Translations under genes and position numbers: made by a program
Part shown: in pieces, positions 35,371-48,150 of the stretch
Position numbering within the stretch: position 1 is the first letter of the stretch
Layout: each line of letters begins with the position of its first letter
The notes under the pieces: model-generated
What the model was told of the DNA's origin: nothing
The model's database searches: none
What the model saw: only the letters and a program-made list of their open reading frames with translations
Assembly (NCBI GenBank): GCA_024679065.1
Contig: JAGIQG010000004.1
Location: forward strand, 105,710,001-105,774,000
Direction: 5' to 3'
DNA length: 64,000 bases
From: Sphyrna mokarran
Taxonomy: Eukaryota

Positions 35371-38300
35371 AGGCTCTTTGGAGACCAGGTATCACCAAAA
35401 ACTTCAGCCAATATAAATATTCATGCAGGAGCTCTGAGAACCTTACTGTTAGTACCTTTTGCTGACAAGAATTTGCACATTCTGTGGTTTTATTGTTCCA
35501 AATAATGTGGTTATGTCTGCTAACCCAATCATTCCTCACAGCAGCTTGCCTTTGGCTAAAGAGTATATTTATTTTTAAAAATACAGCTAATACATTTTAA
35601 AATACCAAAATACACGTTTAAATCAGAAATGCTTGTTCAAATCTCATTCTTCAAATCTCTTGCTGTGTTTATGTGCCTTTATGCAGGCAATTTTCCTGTT
35701 AAACTGTTAACCTGATTTGAGGCCATTTCACTTAGTGTCGGTGATTTGATTAGTGCCATAAATCCAAAATTATTTAAAATTTCTCTAACCTACTAGGATT
35801 TTCTCTCCAATACCATCTTTCTATGTTGTATGATTCTACAAAATAATCTTGTATTAAGCAAGAAATAAATTGAAATATCAAATTGATTCAGGAAATGATT
35901 TTATGCATTTTATATCAGAATAAAGATTGCAGCCAACACAAAATCATTGGAAGTGACACTCTCAAACCTCCCAGTTTGTTGGTTAACAGTAAAACTAGGA
36001 GTAAAAAAGCAAACACATTGAGGAGCAGCTGCAACATAGTTGAAGTTCAATGAAAGCATTTATGCAACTTAATAGCAAGGTACAGAAGAAGCAATGAGAA
36101 GGATTTGAAGGAAATTGCTTTTTGTAGAGTAGGATAAAAATTGCTATTGTGTCCTGGATTGATTTTTCCTTTTTGGAAATGTGTTTGTTGAATATTTTGT
36201 TACAATCTTAAGGACAGTTAGCATGTTAAAAAAAATCAAATATCCATTAGTTAACTAACAGAACTGCACCACGTGTTTTCACGGTTTAAACAAAAAACAA
36301 CTTTTACTGTCATAAAATATTAAAGCAAGCATATTAACTTCACACCATAGTTTACAACTATGTATAATTTGAACTTTGTATTTATTTCTATTACTCTCCA
36401 CATTATCCCCATGAGTTCCCTCAGCTTATGAAGTCATGAAAATTAAGAATATAAGAACATTGCCTGCTTCTATTTATTATGCTATCTGGCCCTTTCAGCC
36501 TGCTCCGCCTTTCAATCGATCTTTTAGTGGATTCAGTTCCCCTTGCCCACCCACCATAACTCTTAATTCCTTTACTGTTCAAAAATCTATCTTATCTTTA
36601 CCTCAAAAACATTCAACAATGTAGCCTCAACTGCTTCACTGGGCATTGAATTCCACAAATCTGCAACCCTTTAAATGAAGAAGTTTCTTCCTCAACTTGG
36701 TGCTAAATCTGCTTCTCCTTATTTTGAGGCTATGCCTCCTAATTTCACCCATCAGTGGAAACAAACTCCCTGCTTCTATCTTATGTATTTCCTTCATAAT
36801 TTTATGTTTCTGGATAAGATTATTTCTACTCCCTGCCCTCGCTTCTAAATTTTAATGAGAAAAGTGCCAGTCTATTCACTCTCTCCTCATAAGCCAACCT
36901 TGCCAACTCTGGAATTAATTGAATGAATCGCCTCTGCACTCCCTCCAATGCCAGTATATCCTTCCTCAAGTATGGAGACCAACACAATACTCCAGGTGTG
37001 GCACCTTATACAGCTGCAACGTAACCTCGTTTGTAAACTCCATTCCTCTAACAGTGAAACACAAAATTCCACTTGCCGCCTGAATTATCTGCTGCATCTG
37101 CAAGCCAACTTTTTGTGATTCATGCACAAGAACATTCAGGTTCCTCTGCACAGGGGCACACTGCAATTTTACACTTAAATAATAGTCCCTATTTCTACCA
37201 AAAAGGATGACCTTACTCTTGCTCACTCACTTAACTATCTAAATCCTTTTGCAGACTTTGTGTCCTCTGTATACTTTGTTCTATCACTCATCTTGGTGTC
37301 ATCTGCGAACTTTGACACAGTACTCTTGGTTTCCAACTCCAAATCGTCTATGTAAATTGGGAACAATTGCGGTCCCAACATTGGTCCTTGAGGCACATCA
37401 CTACTTACTGATGACCAACAAGAAAAGCACTGATTTACCCCAGTCCTTCTGTTTTGTTCATTAACCAATCTTTTATCCATGCTAATACTTTACCCGTAAC
37501 ACTACACCCCTTTATCTTATGCACCAGGCTTTTGTGTGGCACCTTGTAAAATGCCTTCTGCAAATTCAGATACACCACATCTACCGGTTCCCTGTTGTCC
37601 ACTGCAGTCATACTGTCCTCAAAAATTAGTAAATTAGTTAAGCATGACCTGCCTTTCATAAACCCATGCTGTCAATTCCCAATGGGACAATTTCTATCCA
37701 GCTGTCATGCTATTTCTTCCTTGATAGATTCAAACATTTTACTCTACTACAAAAGTTAGACTAACCTACCTATAATTACTCGCCTTTTGTCTATCTCCTT
37801 TTTTAAAAGTGGCATCACACTTGCTATTTTCCAATCTGCCGGAACCGCCTCAGAGTCCAGAATTTTGGTAAATTACCACACATTTGCTATTTTCCCCCGT
37901 CATCTGTTTTTAGTATCCAAGGATAATTTCCATCAGAGCCAGGAGACTTGAATATCTTTAGCCTCATTAGCTTGCCCAACACTACTACTTTAATAATTTC
38001 TAGGTCCTCACCTGCCATAGCCTTGTTGCAATCAACCTTTGATATGTTATTTGTTTTCCACTGAAGACCGACACAAAATACATGTTCAATGCCTTGGTCA
38101 TTTCCCTATACTAAATTCCCCATCTTGCCCTCTAAAGAATCAATGTTGAACTTATCCACTTTATTTTGTTTTATATTTTTGTAGAAGCTTTTGCTATCTG
38201 TTTTTATATTCTGAATGTGCTCTCATAATCCATTTTACTTTTCTTTATAACTTTTTTTATTGTGGCTTTCTGCTGATATTTAAAGATTTCTCAATCCTCT

Positions 38301-38852
38301 AGTTCCCCACTAATCATTACCACTTCGTGTGCAGTTTCTTTCAATTTGATACCCTCATTTATTTCCTTAGATATCTATGCCTGATTATCCTTTTTTCTAT
38401 AGTCCTTCCTTATCACTGATATATACTCAATTCCTCCTTCATTCCATTGTAGTTTGCTTTGTTTAAGCACAAGGCACTGGTGTTGAATTTTATCTTCTCA
38501 TAGTCCATTTTTATTTCAAATTCAACAATATTGTGATTGCTTCTTCTAAGAGGATCCCTAACTATGAGATCATTAATTATTCCTGTCTCATTACCCAGAC
38601 CAGATCTAGGATAGCTTGCTCCCTTATTGGTTCCAAGCAGGAAACTATCGTGGATATATTCTATGAACTCCTCAAGGCTGCTTTGACTAACCTGGTTTAA
38701 CAATTGACATATAGATTAAAATCCCCCTTTACAATTGCCATCCCATTTTTACATGCATCAGTTATTTCTTTGTTTATTGCTTGACCCAGAGCAATATTAT
38801 TTGACATCCTAGATATGACGCCTATTGATGACTTTTTCTCCTTATTTCTAAA

Positions 38853-38970
38853 TTTTAAAGTAAAGTTTAATTATTAGTCACAAGTCAGGCTTACATTAGC
38901 ACTGTAATGAAGTTGCTGTGACATTCCCTGAGTCGCCACAGTCCAGTCCAGTACGGGTCAATGCACCTAA
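38853..38970 (-). mobile_element. 5'-truncated V-SINE variant with a non-CR1 tail, inserted in CR1
   Basis: Minus strand TTAGGTGCATTG.. body, then CTTGTGACTAATAATTAAACTTTACTTT; second copy at 58318-58400. Confidence 0.6.
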
Positions 38971-40264
38971 TTTCAACCAAATGGTTTCAAATTTTTTTCT
39001 CCACGGAACTTGTATCATCTCTCACTGCCACTCTAGTTTTATCCATAAAATATCAGAACTACACCACCTGCCTTCCTGTCTGTCCTTTTCAAATGGTCTG
39101 ATACCCCTGGATATTTAACTTCCAGTTCTGACCACCCTGCGGCCATGTCTCTGGAATGGCCAGTAAATCATCCTTATTTGTGATGATTTGGGCTATTAAC
39201 TCATTTACATTGTTTAGAATGCCACGAGCATTTCACTTAAATGCTTGTTTCTATACCTTTTTGAATCCTAACATCTCCATTAGTAATATCTCCTAAGCTC
39301 TCTTTCCATTTAACTTTTTTCATAGTTTTCCATGTAGTTGAATCCTCCTTCTCATGTGCGAACCTGCTAGTGTTTTCCAGTAACCATTATACTTCACATA
39401 GCTCCCCCTCCCCCAACTTGCTAGTTTAAAGCATCCTATTTATCCTTTGCACTAGAATACTTTTCCCCGATTGTTTCAGTGAAGATTGTCCGAATGGTCG
39501 ATACCTCCTGTTTGACACCGGCAATGCTGATGCCAGTGCCCCAAGAAATGGAACTCCTCTTCCTCACACCACTTCTTTAGTCATGTGTTCACTTTGTTAA
39601 TTTTCTCATCATTGTCAATTCACATGTGGCTTGGGTAGTAATCCAGTGATTATAATCCTTGAGGAGCTGTTCTTTAACATGACTCCTAGTGCCTACTAAT
39701 CCCCAAACAGGTCCTCTTTCTTAGTTTTGCCTACGTTATTTGTCCCAATATGTATAAAACAACTGGATCTCCTCTCTCTTCCTCCTACTCCAGTATCCTT
39801 TTAAGCTGGTCAGGGATGTTCCTCACTCTGGCACCAGGCAGGCAACATACCATGTGGGATTCTCAATCCTGCTCACAAAGAATGCCATTAGTTCCGCTAA
39901 TTATAGAATCCCTTACAACTACCACTTATCTTTTTGCTCCCCCCTCTTAATATCCCCCAATATCAATGTGCAATTGTCAGCTAACTCATCATCCATACAG
40001 CCTTTTTCCTCATCAATACAAGGAATAAGGTCAAGAGCTGGACTCCTCAGTTCTTGAATTCAGGATCAATCTACCTGCCTCACTTGAAGTCGCACCCTGC
40101 TGTCCCTAACCACTGATCTAATTAGAGGTACTTAATCTATTCGCTTGATTGTCTCCTGAAACAAAATATCCAGGTATCTCCCCTCCTTCTGGATGTGCTA
40201 ATGCTTCTGAAGCTCAGACTCCAGCTCATTAATTCTAAACAGAAATTCTTCAAGCAGTAAAGCT

Positions 40265-40336
40265 ATTTCTGTAGTGTAGTTGTATCACGTTCGCCTAACA
40301 CACAAAAGGTCTCTGGTTTGAAAGTGGGCAGAAGCG
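40265..40336 (+). pseudogene. tRNA-Val(AAC) pseudogene
   Basis: ATTTCTGTAGTGTAGTTGTATCACGTTCGCCTAACACACAAAAGGTCTCTGGTTTGAAAGTGGGCAGAAGCG aligns end to end with vertebrate tRNA-Val-AAC; many differences are CpG decay; B box and stems broken; no CCA. Confidence 0.85.
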
Positions 40337-42098
40337 TTCATTAAGCTTTCTCATGTCGGGTAAGGAAAAATTGCTTGATTTCAGTTTGCTGCTCAACAGT
40401 TGCTACAGATGTGGTCACTGTGGCTTGCAAAGGAACTTGCCATCTTCCAGTCATTCCCCCTTTCCTCCATATCTTAATTAGTTAATTACTACATTAATTA
40501 GTTTTGTAGTTTTTTCAAATTTAGTACAGATTTCCTGCGAGCTAATCAGGTCACAGCTTTTCTGTGACATTGCTTTTCAGGTTTTTCAGCAAATTACTTT
40601 TATACTCAGTGCTGCTCTGCTCCTTGGCATTATTATTCTGGTTATTTCTTGAATTACAAATTTCATGGGATTCTTCCATTAGCTTTTAGCCAATGGAATT
40701 CTCCAATTTTCTTTAATGACTTGCACTCTTTAGTTCCTTGTTCTGACTTGGGGCAGTTTGATCCCACTCCTTTTGTATCGCTCCTTCCAAGCTATTCAAG
40801 CTGACTGTTTTTCTGCTGCAAGACTTTGTGAAGACCACTGTAGATTTTTTCCATTAATTGCAAGCTTGAGCAAAACTTCCAGTTGCTTTTCCCTCATGGA
40901 ACCCAAACTGAGCTGTCTGATTCTGCTTACAAAGATACAAATACATTCAATTAAAAAAAAAAATCCTTCTAATTGAGACTCTACCCTGTTTGCCATATTG
41001 TGACTTGGCTTTGGTATTATTCAAATAGACACACAAATAACTTATTTCATCAAAAATACAACTCTGATTCTGCAACCCATATGAATAATTTCAGTCTCTA
41101 ATTGAGTTTTTGTTGCTTTATTCCCAAATAATTAGCTTTAAGCTTCTTTGTGGCAATAACAATATTGCCTGACTCTACCAAGTGGTCCAGAAATGGGTCA
41201 TCTACTATTTAAGATTTTGTTTCTATGGACTCTGACTTTGAAAATAAGCATGGTTAGCTTTTAACTGTGATTACAAACCTGATTAAATTACATTTGTTTC
41301 AGAGTTGTTTATTCAGTTTTTCAATCAGATGCCCCATTTTCTACAGTTTAGATTTATATTCTAAAACATCTGAATTATGAATAAGATTTTTATAACTTGT
41401 CAAACTGCTTTAAGAATGTATTGGTTTAGCATTTGCTAAATTCAGTATTTTGCTGCACTCAAGACAATAATTGCAGAAATTACCTTTTTAGCATTGTGTT
41501 TGCTTTGCTTCTCCCTTGCTGCAGATCAGATCGGCACTTCGGCTTAATGTGTTAATCTGATTACAAAAAGTTGGTGTAGACTCAGTGGACTGAATGACTT
41601 CCTTCTCCACTGCAGGGATTCTATGAAATGGTACATTCCAGTTTTATCTTTCCTTGTTCATTTGCAGCTGTCAAGCAACTGGGATGCTCTCTTGAGAGTT
41701 TCTTAGCAACATTACTCTTCACTCTCTTACTGAAGACATTGATTTGTTGCTGGTGTCCTGTCCCATAGCCAGATGATATGTATTAATATATGAACTCTAA
41801 CAATAATTGCTGGCCAATATTCGGTTTCTGTCCTCACTAACAAAGTGCAAGAGAAGACAGACTGTCACTTAAGGTGTTTGATGTGAGTGGCAAAAAAAGT
41901 AAATTGTTATGCTGTTCAATCTATAACATGGATATTTTGTGAACAAAGCCAAATGATAAAAAAACCTGGAATTATAACAAAGATTTTGCTTTTGATTATT
42001 TAGTTTTTTCCAATTGTATTTGGATGCTATTAGCAAGACTGCATTTATTGTTTATCCTCATTGGGCAGGTCTATGATTGGCTGCCTTGAATCTTTCCC

Positions 42099-42955
42099 AT
42101 GATGTGGAAGCGCTGGTGTTCGACTGGTTTGGGCACAGTAAAATGTGTCTCAACAGCAGGTTAAAGTCCCAACAAGTTTATTTGGTAGCACAAGCTTTGG
42201 AATGCTGCTCCTTCATCATGTGGGTGGAGAGTTGAGTTCACAAACAGGGCACATAGAGACACAGACTCCATTGCAAGGTAATGGTTAGAATGTGAGTCTT
42301 AACAAGTAATCAAGTCTTTACAGGTACAGACAATGTGAGTGGAGAGAGGGTTAAGCACAGGTTGAAGAGGTGTGAATTAACAGGACAGTTAATAAGGCCA
42401 GGCAAATCATGGGGGTTACAGATAGTGTGACATGAACCCAAGATCCCCGTTGAGGCATCCTTGTGTGCTTACCCAAAGATTAGAGGCTAAATGCCCTTGA
42501 TTGCTGAGACGTTCCCCAACAGAAAGGAAATATTCCTGACTGATTGTTGAGCAGTGTCTATTCATCCATTGCTGTTGTGTCTGTGTAGTCTTGTCAATGT
42601 ACCATGCCCAGGTCATCTTTTTCTGCAGCATATTGGGGAGACAAAGTTGGCCAAGTTGCATGAGTATGTACCATGTATCTCGTGGATGGTGTCCTCACGT
42701 AAGATGATGGCATTCGTGTTGGTGATTCGACATGTCTTGCAGAGATTGCTGTGGCAAGATTGTGTGGTGTTGTGGTTGCTTTTCTCCTAAGGGCTGGGTA
42801 GTTTGCTGCGATCAGTGATCTGCTGAGGTTGTGTGAAGGCAAGTAGTGGGAGTATTGGGGTGGCATAGGCGAGATGTTCATCTTCATCGATGCCATGTTG
42901 AAGGCTCCGAAGAAGGTGTCTTATCTTCTTCACTCTGGGGGTGCACTGGACAACT
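42099..42955 (-). mobile_element. 5'-truncated Penelope-like element (GIY-YIG endonuclease plus pLTR)
   Basis: ORF 42416-42661 AWYIDKTTQTQQQWMNRH..VGERLSNQGHLASNLWVS..LNGDLGFMSHYL; pLTR with decayed hammerhead (ATGATGA..CAAAGC). Confidence 0.85.
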
Positions 42956-43321
42956 CTGGCCATGTTCCATATTTGTCTTCTGGGTAGGTTAGTTCAAATT
43001 TTGCTGTGACATATGAGAATTGTTGATTGATGAGTTGAACGCCACATTCTGTTCTTTGCCTTTCAGCTTCTGTAGGTGTCCGTTGTCTTTCTCCTCCTCT
43101 GAGCAGAATTATTGCAGTTCCTGTAATGATGTCGTCCCTATAATATTTGGTCAGAAATTCCAGGCCGTTAACATAGTGATGATGAAGAAATGGCATGCGA
43201 GTTGAGATGATAGTTCTTCTGTGAAATTGCTGTTGTTTTTCTGTAGAAACTTTGGTGAATATTGCAGAGGATTTGAAATACTTCAACAAAGCAAAATACT
43301 GCAAAACTTAATTTTCCATCA

Positions 43322-43700
43322 TTTATTTTCTATTCATTAATTGTACATGGGTGCCATTGGTTGGCCTACATTTATTGCCCTTCCCTAGTTACTCTTGAAA
43401 GTGATGTGAGCTGCCGCCTTGAATTGTTGCAGTCCACGTGCTGTGGATTGACTTGCAATGCTGCTTGGGAATGAATTCCAGGATTTTTCACACAACAACT
43501 GCAAAGGAATGAAGATATATTTCCAAGTCAGGATGACGTGTGTCTTGGAGGAGAACATGCTGCTGGTGGTGGTGTTCTTGTGCATCTTCTGCCCATGTCC
43601 TCCTAGATGGAAGTGGTCGTGGGTTTGGAAGGTGCTGTCTAAGGATCTTTGTTGAATTGCTGCAGTGCATCTTAAAGATGGTGCACACAGCTGCTACTCA
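43322..43700 (-). mobile_element. Family B LINE 3' end
   Basis: LRQHLPNPRPLPSRRTWAEDA, HPDLEIY, KSWNSFPSSI; A-rich tail. Confidence 0.75.
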
Positions 43701-44739
43701 CCCACCCTGCCCCCCCCCCCCCAAAAAAAAACTGGTAATTTTGTATGTGTCAATGAAATTACCTCTCATTCTTCAAAACTCTAAAGCAGTGATTTTCAAC
43801 TGGTGTGCCTTGGCTGACACTATGGAGCACACTTTGAGCCTTGACTTTCTAAATAATAAGTAGCAGGCAATGTCAAAAAGATGCAATGCAGTGATCCTAT
43901 TGCCCACAAGATTAAGCTCATAATCTTTTGTTTCAGGAAATATAAAAGGGCAGTAATCGTGATGATAAACTGCAGTTGTAAAGATGAAGTTGACTTTAAG
44001 ACATGTGAAATATCTCAACGTCTTGAATTGACAAAATCAGACTTTCTTGCCTGTGATTTATTTTTCTGCACTTTAGCGCATTGCAAAATAAACTTGCAAT
44101 TTTTTGGGAGTACTCCTCTTCAGCCACTGTACCTTGATTATCGGGGAGTGAGATGGTGTGGTGATAAGATCAACAGAAACTCTGGTTGCATGACTGAAAT
44201 TGCATTTCTAATGACCTTCAACTAAAGTTATTCCACTGATAAGAATAGAAGGCTGCAGAAATGTACAAGAAAGCACAACTGCTGACCCAGTGTTTGGTAC
44301 AGTTCCCCTGTGACTGGTGTGTATGCCACTGCATCTGCACCCAATCATCATCTTCCATTCCCCTATTTATTACATACTTTAAAAATGTGCATTTGGTAGC
44401 AGTGAATATGCAGATAAACTGATTCATCCACATCTCTCCAGCAAAGATCTATCTGTCTTGTGTCTGTTTTCCTCTGTCTCTCCTCTCCTTGCTGTGAACA
44501 TATTGATATTTATCCCCCTAATTTGACTACCTCCCTAATATAACTTTTTAGGACAATGGCAATTTTATTGACATCATTTATTGACCTGCCATAATTAGGC
44601 ACATTGATGATTATTCAAAGCAAGTCTTGGGTGGGAAGTGATATTTAAATTGAAATGGACACATATACTTCACCTGGTGATGTGACATGATGCACTTGTA
44701 AATTGCAGAGCTGTAACAAACAAAATAGCATACTAGTGC

Positions 44740-46050
44740 AAGTCTAGAGAACATAGGTCCAGTTTCCTCATTTTCTCCAAGAAAAAGACTCATGCCATCC
44801 CAGGGAATTTTCTGGTTAACCTCCATTGCACTCTCTCCATAGTAGGTGTATCCTTTCTTAACTCGGAAACCAACATTACACACAGGTAGTTATCATCAAG
44901 ACTCTATACAATTACAACCAGATATTTTTATTCCTGTACTAAAATTCCCTTGCTATGAAGGCTAACATACCATTTGCCTTTCTAATTGTTTGCTGTTCCT
45001 ACGTGCTAGCTTCTAGTCACACCATTGAAGAAATACTCTGCCTTTCTGTTATTTTCCTACAAAAGTGGATAATTTCACATTTATTCACATTATTCCATTT
45101 GCCATGTTTCTGTCTACTCACTAATCCTGTCAAAGTCCCCTTGAAACCTCCATATATCGCCCTCATAGTTGACATTCCTATCTATTCAGATTTGGAATTA
45201 TTATATTTGGCCCCCACATTTAAATCAGTCACAGATTGTGGATGGCTGTGGCCCAGTATTGATCCTTGTGATAACCTGTGTATGATGATGTGCCATCCTG
45301 AGAATTTCATATCCAAGTCTCAATCCATATCAGTCTTTTACCCCAATTCTGTGTATTCTAATTTTGTTTATTAACCTCCTGTGTGGATTTTATCAAAAGC
45401 TTTCTGAAAATCCAAACATATACTGCATCCAATGGTTCTCCTTTATCTTTGCTACAAGTAACATCTTCACAAAAAATTCAACAGGTTTGTCAAACATGAT
45501 TTTCCTTTCATAAATCCACATTGACTCTGCCCATTCTTATTCTTTAAGTGTCCACACATCCCCTATAATAGATTCCAACATTTTTTCCATTCTGGCATCA
45601 AACTACTATTTCAGTAGTATGGTTCCATTTTGTTACTTTACATCTGTAGCAACTTTTCCTGAACCTACAGAATTTTAAAAATTAATCACTAATGCATTCA
45701 CAACCTTGAGCATTTACTTCAACACTCTGGGATGTAGCATATCAGGTCCAGGAGATTATATCAGCCTTCAATCCCATTCATTTTTTTTTTTGAGGACTAT
45801 CTTTTTCTAATGCTAATTTATGTTGGTTACTAAATTTCACAAATCTCTTAGTTCTGTAGGTTTTCTGGAAGGTGTTTTCTATCTTCCCTCGTAAAGAGAG
45901 ACATAAAATAATTGTTTAGATTCTCTGCCATTTCCACAGTTGTCCTGTTGGCCTCTATTGGACTCTCATTTTTCTTTGCCGATTTTTTTTCCCTCCTTTT
46001 CAGATATGTAAAGATGCAATTACAGTTCACCTTTATGTTTTTCACTATCT
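44740..46050 (-). mobile_element. Old CR1 ORF2 fragment
   Basis: EMAENLNNYFMSLFTRED, GFMKGKSCLTNL, DFQKAFDK, ANGMLAFIA. Confidence 0.7.
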
Positions 46051-46232
46051 TGTATCTGTGTTCTCTTCCCTTCATCCCACACTCCAAAGATGTGTGTGTT
46101 AGGTTGATTGGCCCTATTAAATTGCTCTTTAGTGTCAAGAAGATTAACGATATAGGGGTTAGGACTTGGGTAGGATTGTTAGTGCAGGCTTGATGGACTG
46201 AATGGTCTTTTTCTGCAGTGTAGGGATCCTGA
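46050..46232 (+). mobile_element. HE1 SINE, partial
   Basis: CCCACACTCCAAAGATGTG..TTAGGTTGATTGGCC..AAATTG..GTGTAGGGATCCT. Confidence 0.7.
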
Positions 46233-46402
46233 TTTTATCCAGATGGTTGCTAATCTCGTTACTGGGGAAAAAGTTGTATCTCATCAGTTTCTTTTAATGT
46301 AGGCTGCTGGCAAATTCTCCTTGTTGCTTGATAGGTTATGTTCCATCGTTCATTCTTAATTAATTCTGGATCTTATTGTTACCAGGCAAATCCATGAAAG
46401 TA

Positions 46403-47530
46403 TTTACTTTGCCTTGATTTCTCCAATCTCCTGTGGGACAATGGGCAACAAGACTCTGCCACTGACCTCATCCAGTGCAAATTCTTTCACTCCAGCCCAA
46501 TTGATGTCTTGCAAGAGAAAGCCTTCCTTAAATGTTCTTCAACATGTTGTCTTTGAGCATCCCATCTCCTTTTTTCAGCTGGTGGTGAAAAATCTACTGC
46601 CATTCTGGTATGTCTGTGAAGTGAAATATATATTCTGCCAGTCTCAATCACCTTGCCATCAGTGTTTCACATGTGCTGTTGTAAAATCAGTCTGTTTTAA
46701 CCTTTATACGCTGGACAAATAACTACGAGTAGACGTCTTATTAGTACAATATTTATTTAAACCCACAATCAATAATCACCCACCCGACTAACAATAAGCT
46801 ATCTTACAGAAAATACTAGAATTCAAGTATAGTACAAGACCTAGACCTAACTTTGCGTGACTGACAAGTGCCCAATTAGATATTAGCCTTTATCTCTGTG
46901 CTGGTCTTGGTAGTTACCTGTGTAGTTTGGTCCTTTGATCTGGTCTGGCATTCTGGCTGTGGTCTGTCTTTCTTCCTTCTTGGGTGTGGTGGCTTTCCTC
47001 TTGCTGGCGATGTTCACCATTCTTATAGCTTGTTCTTGGGGTCAGAAAGAGAGATTCCTTGTTGTGCGGCATCCTTTATACCCTGTTTGGTTCCAAGTCC
47101 CTTTTTGGCCATTGCCAATCAATCGATTAGGACTTGATCACGTTGATCGATGAGAATCCAATCAGGTGCTATCACACCGATCTCTGGGTGTGTCCCCAGT
47201 GGCCATGTCTGTCGGTATTGGAGGCACATAGGTCACATACCTTCCTCCTAAATAAAGATTTCTTGTGCCCATATGTCTGGCACACAACCCCGTGTGACTA
47301 GAAAGTCTCTTTCACTCTGGAGATGGCCTATATCCTGTTTGTTCACTCATCAGAGTTACAGTCTGTTTGTCTCTCTCTTTAAACTGCAGCCTGTCGGTTT
47401 AGTTTCTTGCCCAATTTTTCCAGGATGCTTTACAAAACACCATTTTAGCTGGCCTGTTTGGCTATAGTGCCTTGTCCAGTTCTCTAGCACTTCGGTGTTG
47501 GTGATGTTGCTTCATGTGATGCCCTGACAA
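46403..47530 (-). mobile_element. RTE-clade LINE 3' end, split by a solo LTR
   Basis: GIT*SNITNTEVLE..| ..LRLAEYI..PPAEKRRW..INWAGVKEFALD..WQSLVAHCP; sequence joins across the LTR. Confidence 0.6.
46677..47466 (-). mobile_element. Solo LTR (~790 bp) with 4-bp TSD
   Basis: Starts TGTTG and ends GGCTATA (CA>TA); GTGC at 46673-46676 and 47467-47470; minus-strand TATAAA near 47075 and AATAAA near 46753. Confidence 0.7.
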
Positions 47531-47619
47531 ACAAATCTAACACAAGGTTTCATTTTTAGAGAGATAATCTTGAAAAATAGATATTGTGCTAAAATTTGAT
47601 TTGAACTTTGTTTAGACCA

Positions 47620-48150
47620 AACTTATTGCATGCAGCTTTGCTCGCCAGACTATGAGAAGTTTAGTGAGGCACTAGAGTATGTGTGTGTCGAGGATGATAT
47701 TTGCAAGGATGATACCAGAAATGTATGGGTATTCACATCAGGAGAGGATTGATAGACTGGGTCTCCTTTCTCTTGGGAAAATAAAGGAGGCTGAGGAGTG
47801 ACCAAATAGAAGGTTTAAAATTATAGCATGAGAACAGAAGATGTTTTTCTTGTGAGGAAGAACACGATTAGAAGTCATTAGTATGAGTTAGTTGCCAAGG
47901 TATCCAGAATGGAATGCAGAAGATAGTTTACCCAAAGAGAGGTGAGAATCTGAAATTCATTATCACAGGGAGTGATTGAACTTAATTTCGTGGAGCATTT
48001 AAGGGGAAAGTAGACAAGCCTATGAGGTGGAAGGAGATGCTGTGTTCTCAATGATAGATTTAGATGTGGAAAGATGGGAGGAGGCTCTGGTGGAAAAATA
48101 TTGCTGTCGACTGGTTGGACTGAATGATGTATTTTTGTGCTGTGCATTCA
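47620..48150 (+). mobile_element. Old CR1 3' part
   Basis: FARMIPEMYG..RLGLLS..YFTQR.VRI*NSL and tail GACTGGTTGGACTGAATG. Confidence 0.6.

Larger units (their letters stand above)
36440..40625 (-). mobile_element. Near full-length but disrupted CR1 LINE (5' UTR, ORF1, ORF2), same subfamily as 22800-26088
   Basis: KGRSCLTNL, VDVVYLNLQKAF, VPQGPMLGP, SKFADDTK, ETGIINDLIVRDPL; ORF1 CCLPGARV at about 39820-39845; carries SINE and tRNA insertions. Confidence 0.88.
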
